Shown here: positions 54,476 to 64,000 of the stretch, piece by piece
Numbering within the stretch: the first letter of the stretch is position 1
Layout of the letters: the number at the start of each line of letters is the position of its first letter
Assembly: GCF_009914755.1 (NCBI RefSeq)
Contig: NC_060934.1
Direction: 5' to 3' (one strand)
Source: the human T2T-CHM13v2.0 reference genome, Homo sapiens
DNA: 64,000 nucleotides
Translations under genes and position numbers: made by a program
Notes under the pieces: generated by a model
Seen by the model: the letters and a program-made list of their open reading frames with translations, nothing else
Told to the model about the DNA's origin: nothing
Database searches by the model: none

Positions 54476-54944
54476 AACAACTCTAGTCTCTGCTTGCTTT
54501 GCTCAGGAAGCAGTACACTAGGCAAGAACTGAAACAAATTGCCTCCATCCACATGTAGTTCTACCACTAATAATGCCTTAGTTTTCTCAGATATAAAAAA
54601 TGGATATTGATTTTAAAAACAAAATAACAAAAAGTAAAAAACAGTACTTCTGCAAGTCTAGATCTGAAAACAGTAATAAAACAAAAATAAAAAACAGCAT
54701 TTAACACACAGCTGCTTTGAAAATAAGATACATACATAAGTACTTAGCAAATTCGCTGGCCCTCAGTATAGTGCTAAATACTGATTGTTATCTATTCCTA
54801 TTCTTTCTTACCTCTTCTCTTCCTCTTCACCCAGGCTTAGGGTGCAGAGAAGAAAAGAAGTTTATATGGTACAGTCCACAGCAAAAGTTCTGTGACTTTC
54901 AAAGAAGCCCACTTTAGTCTCATACTAGCATCAGATAATTAAAC

Positions 54945-55972
54945 AGTCTCCTAGCCACAGCAATTAGGCAAGAAAAAGAAATAAAAGACATCCAAATTGG
55001 AAAGGAGGAACTCAAATCATTACTGTTTGCAGACAACATGATCTTATACATGGAAAACCCTAAAGGCTCCCCCAAAAAAACTCCACCATTTAAAACTAGC
55101 AAGTAAATTCAGTGAAGTTGCAGGATACAAAATTGACATACAAAAAAACAGTAGCATTCTGTATGCTAATAGGGAACTATCTAAAAAGATCAAGAAAACA
55201 ATTCCATTTACAATAGCTACAAAAAAAGATACCTAGGAATAAACTTAACCAAGAAGGTGAAAGATCTGTACAATAAAAAAAATTAAGGAAATAAAGATGA
55301 CACAAATAAGTGAAAAGATATCCCATGTTCATGAACTGAAATAATATTGTTGAAGTAGACATACTATCCAGAACGATCTACAGATTCCATGCAATCCCTA
55401 TGAAAATACCAATGACATTCCTCACAGAAATATTTTTTAAAATCCTGAAGTTTGTGTGGAACCACGAAAGTCCTCAAACAGCAAGAGCAGTCCTGAGCAA
55501 AAAGAGCAAAGCTGGAGATATCACAAAGCCTGACTTAAAAATATGCTACAAAGCTATAGTACCCAAAACAGCATGGTACTGGCAGAAAAACAGACACATA
55601 GACCAATAATGTAACAGAATAGAGAGACCAAAAATAAATGCATGCACCTATAGCCAACTGATTGGTATTGAGGGAGGGATTGAGGGAGGAGGATGGGGAG
55701 AGGTTGGTCAACAGGTACAAAGTTAGATAGGAGGAATAAGTTCTGATGTTGTATTGCACACAAGGTGACTATGGTTAACAGTAAGGTATTGTTTATATAT
55801 CACGAAACAGCTAGAAGAGTTTTTTTTAATGTTATCACCAAAAATGCATGAGGTGATGAATATGCTAATTACCTTGATTTGTTCATTATACAACATATAC
55901 ATGTATCAGAACATGAAATTGTACCCTATAAATATGTATAATTACAATGTGTCAACTAAAAATGAAAAAATA
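54945..55972 (+). mobile_element. L1MA fragment: ORF2 RT/3' part plus 3'UTR, with an internal deletion near 55660
   Basis: LFADNM motif at ~55023; [11 protein letters not shown]...[13 protein letters not shown]; L1MA 3'UTR GGTACAAAGTTAGATAGGAGGAATAAGTTCTG. Confidence 0.88.
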
Positions 55973-56387
55973 ATTGAACTATCACCTTATTCACCTTCAC
56001 CACACATTGGTCATATTTCTGACCAATCTAGATTGTTATGGTCATAGGTGATGATGCCTGTGTGACCCTGCAAAATTAACACTAGATATTCTCATGAAAA
56101 ACAAAGCGTTTGCTTCATATGACCTTATTCTATTTGCAGAAGTAATATTCTCTTCTACTCCTACTTAGGAAATATCAAGTACTGGAAAAGGCAAAATATC
56201 TCTTCTTTACAAAAGTTAACCAAGAAGAGAATTGCATGCTACTGCATGGAACAGATCCTTCCTCCCTTCTGAGACCGACAAGAAAATCGCATAAAGGAGT
56301 ACTAGTTAAGGTGTGGTCCATAGACGAGAGACTATCTGTGAACTGTTTGTGATCAGTAAATAAGAGAAATTGATGGGTGAAGCATGT

Positions 56388-56497
56388 GGGTGGGCTCCTG
56401 TAATCACAGCTAGGAGAGAGGATTGCTTGCGTTAGAGTCCACCCTGGTCAATAACGAGATACTCTCTCTAAAAACAAAACAAAACGAAACGAAAACT
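56388..56497 (+). mobile_element. Degenerate FRAM/FAM-like Alu monomer
   Basis: CCTGTAATCACAGCTA...GAGGATTGCTTG...CCCTGGTCAATAACGAGATACTCTCTCT followed by a (CAAAA)n tail. Confidence 0.6.
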
Positions 56498-57069
56498 CAG
56501 CAGGCCACCAACTAGGATACTCCCTAGGTCAAATGACCGAGCCTCTAATTCTGTGATTGTTGTTGCTGTGCGCACGTTAATAAAACAAACAAACAAACAA
56601 AAAGTGAAGATGTTTAGAAAGTTTACAGTACTTTGGCATTGTCCTGATAATCCAAGCTCCTGATCAGCAGATTCTATTCAGCCAGGTATAGGGCAGTTCG
56701 AGTGTTGTCAAATTTGTGATTCCCATGAGGCCAGGCTGCTTACTGGTAATGCATAAAGGACCACATCCTGGTTCGCGAAGAGTTTGGGGGTAGAGGAAAA
56801 GGAGGGAGAAACTGATCCTTCATCACAGGTAGTTTGAGAGCACTGATGTAAACTATAGTCACACTTTTGTAGTATAATTGATTATTATCCTCAATAGATC
56901 ATTTACACTAAGTCGGAAAAAAGTGGAAACATCAGATATGTGGGATATGCGTCACCTTGTACATTTCTCAGCTGGAAAAGTGTAAAACATCTCAATTTTG
57001 CACCTCCCTTTTCAAACATGTCTTTGGCTAAATCAATGTTGGCTCTAACCGCTCGTCCTAGAGCGAGTC

Positions 57070-57080
57070 CCGCCATCTTG
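57070..57080 (-). promoter_or_regulatory. YY1 consensus site / TISU-like element
   Basis: CCGCCATCTTG on plus; CAAGATGGCGGG on minus. Confidence 0.65.
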
Positions 57081-57559
57081 TGGTTGAAGATGTTGACTGC
57101 CACAGAGAATAGCGGGCTTTGACATCAACAGTTCTGATTGGGTAAAAAGACCCTCGTCTTGGGGTAGTTCTCTTTTGAAGTCCTAGAGTCCGTCACACAC
57201 AAACGCCTTCTTCCCGGTAAGTCCATTGTAAACAACGGAATGGACTTTAGGGAAAGGAAAGGAAAACGTGTTCTTTAAGACTCTTTAAATAGCGTTTTCA
57301 CCCATTAGCAGAATTCTCTGATTCATGAGCAGCACTAAGTAGATACCGTGTGCGTGCATTTTGAATGAATTCATTTCTACACTATTTTATAGGAGTATTG
57401 AATAGTTGGGAATTGGAACCCCTCCAGGGGGAACCAAACATTGTCGTTCAGAAGAAGACAAAGAGAGATTGAAATGAAGCTGTTGATTTCAACACACAAA
57501 TTCTGGTGGTAGATGAAAGCAAAGCAAGTAAGTTTCTCCGAATCCCTAGTCAACTGGAG

Positions 57560-57920
57560 GTAGAGACGGACTGCGCAGGTTAACTACAGCTCCCAGCATG
57601 CCTGAGGGGCGGGCTCAGCGGCTGCGCAGACTGGCGCGCGCGGACGGTCATGGGACTTCAGCATGGCGGTGTTTGCAGATTTGGACCTGCGAGCGGGTTC
57701 TGACCTGAAGGCTCTGCGCGGACTTGTGGAGACAGCCGCTCACCGTGAGTTGCCCCGGCTTCGCGCCTGGCCAACCTCATGCCACCCAGACCATCGGGCC
57801 ACACTCCGGAGTAACTATTTCCTGATGGGTCTCGGTCAGGTCTCCCAGAGTCTCTGGGATGTCCCTGGAGGCTGATGCCCGCCGAGGTGTTGGTCTGATT
57901 CCTAGCGCGGGAAACTCGAA
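57560..57920 (+). promoter_or_regulatory. RPP30: RPP30 CpG-rich promoter with a ZNF143/THAP11-type motif and a GC box
   Basis: ACTACAGCTCCCAGCATGC at 57583-57601 (ACTACAnnTCCCAnnATGC); GGGGCGGG at 57606-57613; CpG cluster around exon 1. Confidence 0.8.
57663..57744 (+). CDS. RPP30: Ribonuclease P/MRP subunit p30, coding exon 1 (82 nt)
   Basis: MAVFADLDLRAGSDLKALRGLVETAAH; Kozak context AGCATGG; donor ACC|GTGAGT. Confidence 0.97.
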
Positions 57921-60544
57921 GGTTCTGGGGGTTGTTATCTGGTTCAGCTACTTTCCTGCAATGAGGGAACTGAGGCCTAACGAGGGCGAGGGATTTGCAT
58001 AGGGGCCTACAGCTGATAGGTGACAGAAGCCGGAGCTGGACTCCAAGGGTACAATCTTCTAAGCTTCTAAGTTACTATCAGCCCTTCCTGATTCTCACGA
58101 CAGTGTCTAAACAAATACTGGAATTTGGGGCACGGACAGGAAGCGCCGTGGAGGCTCGGAGAAGGAGGAGGACGTGGGAGTGTTGGAACAATACTATCTA
58201 GACAGAGAGAGGGTAGGTGGGGGCAGAGGACATACACAGCGGAGTGGAGGTGGAGGAGGAGGATAGCATGGCCCAAATCGAAGGGAAGCGAAAGCCTTGA
58301 GAGACGAGAACCTGTTTTAACTATTGGAGTTAGTCATGGGTTCTGTATTCCGTAGACTGTAAAGTGTTGGAATAGAGAGATTAAAAAGAATCAAGAGGTT
58401 CGTGTAGTAACATCTGCTCCTCAGAGACAGTTTTCAGCTCATTGTGAGTTCTGATTACTGATACTGTTCAGAGGTGGTGCTAGAAATGACAACCACTTCT
58501 TGGCAAAGTGAATCACACCACTTTTTTATTGTTCTCTTTATGAAGTATCCGTGGCGAAATGACTGTCCCTTTCCACTGCTGCCACTAAATGAACGTTATC
58601 TCTGTGGTACTTTGCTCATCAGCACGAAGACGAAAGTAGACATGATGATCTGGGCCATTTGGCGCTAATGTTCTTTGATCCTGTAAAATAAGTTTTCCTA
58701 GGTGTAGTTTGTCGCAATTATTACCTCCTCAATGAGGCTTTTCCTGACGCCATCCCATTTTTGAATAAATCATGAGCTTCCTAAGAGAATTGCCATGTCT
58801 TATCCTTTTATTTACTGTGCTTAACACGTTCACTCTGCAGGCACCAGTACATGGCAGTTACTCAGTTAATGCTTGTGGAATAAACTGAACACATTAAAAA
58901 AATTAATACAAAAAAGAAAAGTTAATAATGATTTCTTTAGAGAATTTCCCCCAGTTTAAAATACACTTGGAAGAGGTGTGGTAATATATGTACATTGTTA
59001 GTGGTTATTTGTTTGTAAATTAAATGGAATTCATGGCATATAAAGTTGCCTCAACTTACAAGTCAAAGACAAAGGACTGCTCTGCTATTTGATGAGTCTG
59101 GAACTAAATAGTGGACATTTGCAAAGAATAGGAAAGACAGAGCCCTGGTTCTCAGTTTCTGATGTGATACAAGAAACCAATAATAAGCTTCAGAAATATA
59201 CTGTGTAAATTAAAATACCCTAAAGCCTGATTGGGGAAGTAAGTACTCCTAAGCTGCCAGATGAGGAGTAGTCTAGGAAAAAGTTTTGTGGAGAAACAGA
59301 TCCTAGTTGACATTTCTGTAGAACGGTAGGGACATTGTTTAGTAGCCAAAAGGATATCCTAAATGGGTATAACAAGGAAGTTTAGAGCAGATTTGGGAGT
59401 GTGGTAAAGAAGAATAGGGAGGAGGTGTGGCTGGTTGATTTGACTAACTGGGTGCAAGGTGAAGCCCAAGGTACAGGCATACTTGTGATTTTTTTTTTGT
59501 TTTTAAGGGTAACTTTCTTCAGGGAGCCTTTTGTGACCCCTACACCAGGTTTCACTGTGCTATGTACTTCCATAGAATCCTTACTTATAAAAAACATGTA
59601 TTTATATACAATGACTTGCTTAATTGCCTTATTTGCCTTCGTTCTCCAACAGACTAGGCTGTAAATTTCTTGTGGAGAAGGATTATATTATTTATCCTGT
59701 ATGCTCAACACCAGTTTAGGGCTTGTCAAGTAATGGATGCTCAGTAAATATTTGAGGGAGGAAGGGAAGAAGGAAGTTGGACAAACTGTTGAGAGTTTGG
59801 CATTGATATGTATTTTAATGTTAATATCCTTTCATCCCCATTGGTATTTTTAAAAATTAAAGATGGGAGTCATGATTTAGATTTTTTTTTGGTAGCCCAA
59901 ATGTCCAGAACAGTGCTAACTGATGAGGATAATAAAGCAAGCCCTTGACCTCAAGGAGCTCCCAGTCTGTCGATGGTGTGCAGCTTAAAATGGGAAGCGG
60001 GCAGTGGTGTGAGGGAGTTATCACTCCATTTCTCCTTAGGAAAGGAGTCTCTGAAGGAAGTAGAAGGATAAAAAGCAAAAGAAATGAACGGGAATAAAAG
60101 TGACAGTGATAAAGTAGGAACTTGATGGGATAAAAATGAATATAGGGTCATGAAAGAGAATGACATTTGAAAAGGAGAAGCACAAAGTTAAGAGTCTTTA
60201 GTATCATTTTAATAATAATTCATAATGGTTAAACAAAGACCTGTGTGCCAGGCACTGTTCTCAAACACCTCATGTGTATTATTTCATTTAAATTTCATGA
60301 CAGTGTATGAAGAAAGTGTTGTTATTTTCACCATTTGACAGATGAGGAACCTGAAACTTCATGTTAAGTAACTTGTAAGTGGTAGTGCATAGACTTTAAA
60401 TCAGGCAGACTGACACTAGAGTTCACATTCATAACCACTCCTCAAATGTCCTCCTACTCTTGACATCTAGACTCAGGATGGACCTGTGTTACAGGAAGGA
60501 GAGGTTGTTATATTTAACAAAAGTGTTCAATTTTTCTTTTTCAG

Positions 60545-60600
60545 TTGGCTATTCAGTTGTTGCTATCAATCATATCGTTGACTTTAAGGAAAAGAAACAG
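60545..60600 (+). CDS. RPP30: RPP30 exon 2 (56 nt)
   Basis: Acceptor TTTTCTTTTTCAG; encodes (L)GYSVVAINHIVDFKEKKQ; donor CAG|GTAAAA; frame continues from exon 1. Confidence 0.96.
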
Positions 60601-61233
60601 GTAAAATAATATTTCTAAAGTTAATAAGTTCATAAATAAGTATTTGTAATTCTGTTTGTATTGGTAATTTGGAAGCTACAGATTAGAATATTTCTTAAAT
60701 GCACCCCTTTGTGCACTACTACTTTTCTATTTTATATAGAAACAGTCGAGCTGATGCATATTTATACAATGATGATTTTTGTGAGGTAATATGACATAGT
60801 GTTCAGGATTCTTAAAGGTGATTTGAAATTAAGTTACTTTTCACTGTTCAAAAAGTGCATTGTTATTGGCTGGACTGTAATCAAAATATTTAGTCCTTTT
60901 TATTCTATTGTCATGGGCTTATTAACTACTTTCTCTCTTAAACATTACTAATAAGTATGTATATTTCTCTTTAGGCCAACAACTGTATCCTGTAGATTAT
61001 TTCAGTCTAAAAATTAGTTTTCATTCTTCCTATTCACTGATGTTTACAGTTGCTTCTCTATTTAGCTTTCTTTTTAAAAATAATTTTTAAAAGTTTTTTT
61101 GAATACCAGAAATCACCTTGCTTTCTTTTTAAAAAAAATGCATATTTTTTCTGAGAACACCTCGTAATTTTTCCATTATGCCTTGTGCTATTAATGGATA
61201 CAATCTGCAGTAACTATTTATCGTTTGTTGTAG

Positions 61234-61290
61234 GAAATTGAAAAACCAGTAGCTGTTTCTGAACTCTTCACAACTTTGCCAATTGTACAG
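61234..61290 (+). CDS. RPP30: RPP30 exon 3 (57 nt)
   Basis: Acceptor TTTGTTGTAG; encodes EIEKPVAVSELFTTLPIVQ; donor CAG|GTAGGT. Confidence 0.96.
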
Positions 61291-61699
61291 GTAGGTGTTT
61301 TGTTGTTTACGAAGCATAATATCTATTTATTCAGTTAAAAGGTACCTAATTATTGTGCTATTCTCTAGCTTGAGCTGCACCTTACTCTGAGTACCAGTCT
61401 TAACGTTTTCCTCAAGGCTCAGCTCTTCAGGAAACATTCTTTTACTATCAATTCAGCATTGCTTTGATGATCTTCTTTCCTGAAGTCCTACAATTTTTAA
61501 ATTATCTCGTTATGTAGTTTAAGATATATACATCTCTTTCTGTGGCTGTATTGTAAATTCCTAGAGAACAAGGACTGGGTTTTATTGATCTTCACTATCC
61601 CTTATAGCCAGTACCTTTTAATGAATACTTTCCACTGGTAAAAAGGAAAATCAATTATTGTCTTTTGTGCTTTTTTGACATCATGTCTTTTTTAAATAG

Positions 61700-61774
61700 G
61701 GAAAATCAAGACCAATTAAAATTTTAACTAGATTAACAATTATTGTCTCGGATCCATCTCACTGCAATGTTTTG
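61700..61774 (+). CDS. RPP30: RPP30 exon 4 (75 nt); the gene continues beyond the window
   Basis: Acceptor CTTTTTTAAATAG; encodes GKSRPIKILTRLTIIVSDPSHCNVL; donor TTG|GTAAGT. Confidence 0.96.
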
Positions 61775-61999
61775 GTAAGTTAATTATTTTTCTTCTCTCC
61801 TTTTGGCTTTGTGAGTTGTATTGATTAATGTTGAACAATGTTGCATTTTGTCTTCCCCATTTTACATTTTCCCTCGCCCCCGCCAAACCATGACACCTGC
61901 TTGCTCTCCTTGTCCTCAGAATTCACACAGTGTAATATGTCTGTTCCACTTACTCATGGCACATGTGTAGTGATACCACAATTAAAGAATCCCTTGGCA

Positions 62000-63600
62000 A
62001 CTGTTACTCATTGAACTCACGTGCACCAGACTTAAGGTGGGTGCTGGGGGGTATTGCCATGAATAATAGCACAATCCTTGAACTTATAAAGCTTAAAGTT
62101 TAATTGGCAAGGCAAGCACTGAACAAATAATAATTACAAATGTAAGGAATGTTCCAAGGTAGGGAAGTGGTAAATAAAGGATGCTCTGGGAGTATGTAAC
62201 CTGAGTAAGTTGATATTCAAGCTGGGAGACAGAAGAGTCAGTAAATGTTAAATAGGTGACAAGCAGGGAGCTAATGTTCCCAGATAGGATGGATTATGCA
62301 TAGGTCCTGAAGCTAAGGAAAACGTGGTATTTTCTGGGAAGTGAAACAAAACAATAGGGCTAAGCCTAGTGAGCCGGTTACATGGCATAAGGTTAAAGAT
62401 ATAAATTTGGGTGAGGATTCCAAGAGCAGTTGGAAGCCCTTGAAGGTTTTAACTAAGGGAGTGAAATGAGGTTTGAATTACAGAGAATGGATTAGAGGGA
62501 GTTAAGGAGGGTACTTAAGAGGCATCCAGGAGGGAGAATTGATGGGATTTATTGGTTAATTGGGTGTAGGATGATTACTCCCTAGGTGGCCTGAGCAGCC
62601 AGGTAGGTAATGGTGTACCATTTCCTGAGACGGACCATACAAACCAGCAGGTTTGGGGGCATCCTGATGAGTTACTGTGAGAGTTTCAAAAGAGCCCGTC
62701 AAAAAAGATGTGCACAGTGGCTCATGCCTGTAATCCCAACATTTTGGGAGGCCTAGGCAGGCAGATCACTTGAGGTCAGGAGTTCAAGACCAGCCTGGTG
62801 AAAGTGGTGAAACCCCATCTCTACTAAAAACCCAAAAATTAGCAGGCCGTGCTGGCGGGTACCTGTAATCCCAGCTACTCAAGAGTCTGAGGCAGGAGAA
62901 TCACTTGAGCCAGAGAGGCAGAGGTTGCAGTGAGATCACACCAGTGTACTCTAGCCTGCGCAACAGAGCCAGACTTCATTTCAAAAAAAAAAAGATGTGG
63001 CCTTCAGAAGAGTGATCCCAATTAAAGATGGTGCTTTGGAAGTGGTCACCTGCATGAGTAATTGAAATCACGGGAATGGATGAGACTCCCTGGCCAAAGT
63101 GCATTGTGGGAAGAAGAGGTTTAGTACAGAGTCCTAAGGAACTTCACTATTTAATGGTATGAAAGAGGATGAGCTAGGATTGGAGACTGAGAAGGGACTA
63201 CCCTAGAAGTAGAAGGACAGCAAGCAAAGGGAAAACAGAAAAGGAGGAATGAAAGGTCAGCAGGGTCAGTATACCTGTGTGGTCAAGCAGACAGGCAAAA
63301 AAAAAAAAAGTCTGTCAGATTTATTGATGTGACAGTCCTTGGCTGCCTTAGCAAAAACCATTTCAATTGATATAATAGGGATGTGGAAAAATGCAGACTG
63401 TGCTGCTGACTTTGCTTAAGAAATTTGACTCCATAGGAGAATGGGAGGCGTAGGGTGGTTAGTGGATAAGAATCTGCTGCATAAAGAGATTTTGTTTCTT
63501 AAATGAGAGAGGTTTGGGTATGCCTACTATCAGGGGAGAGAGAAAGTGAGATTCCCTGAGAAGGTGAACTGTTTCATCTTTAGCTGGGATGGACATCTCC
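62000..63600 (-). mobile_element. L2 fragments in RPP30 intron 4
   Basis: Antisense L2 motifs ACTCATTGAACTCACGTGCACCAG, GTTGGAAGCCCTTGAAGGTTTT and GGAATGGATGAGACTCCC. Confidence 0.6.
62713..62990 (+). mobile_element. AluS
   Basis: Alu dimer; TSD AAAAAAGATGTG. Confidence 0.93.
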
Positions 63601-64000
63601 ATCATATAATAGAAGTAATTAAGGAAAGACTCCCTTTATAACAGTTACTATTGCTAAAGAAATTGTGAAAAGCCAACTTTTGGTGTCTTACACACCTGCA
63701 AGGCAGCATTCTGGTTCCTTAGGCCCAGGTAGACATAAATGGAGCTGACTTTTGATAGGTTGTAAAGACTTTCATTTACTCTTGTTACCATGAACATCTT
63801 GGTGGTTCCTTTTTGTCTCCTTCACAAGTGGGAGTGGGCAGGTAAAGGAGAGCAAATCCCAGATCCTGGCTATTTCTAAGACCTGGACCCTGCCCTGCCT
63901 CAGCACAAGTCTGCCTAGCAGGCCCTCTTACCTGCTCAAGCACAGCACCTGCTGCTTCTCTTATACCCTCCTAACTTTTATTATACTTTTTCTTTTTACA

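Noticed and set aside
56772-56779. TTCGCGAA palindrome resembling the TCTCGCGAGA promoter motif
   Set aside because: Only the 6-bp core matches, which is too weak on its own.
57745-57875. Continuation of the 70-aa ORF past RPP30 exon 1
   Set aside because: Intron read-through past the GTGAGT donor. The true frame continues in exon 2.
61205-61233. Upstream CAG that would add an immediate TAA to RPP30 exon 3
   Set aside because: There is no polypyrimidine tract before it, so nothing supports its use as an acceptor.

Overview
This is primate (human-like) genomic DNA that I recognise as the HTR7-RPP30 locus from the encoded peptides. The serotonin receptor 7 gene HTR7 is on the minus strand. 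Its coding exon 1 (43345->42807) lies in a CpG island, and positions 1-42806 are its very large, repeat-rich intron 1. RPP30 (RNase P/MRP subunit p30) starts divergently about 14.3 kb away on the plus strand, with coding exons 1-4 at 57663-57744, 60545-60600, 61234-61290 and 61700-61774. Most of the rest is transposon-derived: an ERV with an LTR, an old near-full-length L1 containing an MSTA provirus, a solo LTR12C, THE1/MST/MLT LTRs, L2, DNA-transposon MITEs and about 20 Alus. Repeat subfamily names are from memory of consensus sequences and were not confirmed by a search. I found no new multi-gene system. The best leads are small: a sense-oriented LTR12C in HTR7 intron 1 with an intact promoter but a mutated poly(A) signal; a TISU/YY1-headed antisense smORF and strong splice donors upstream of RPP30; overlapping uORFs at both start codons; a (CCG)10 tract at the HTR7 5' end; and several DNA-repair or retrotransposition scars.
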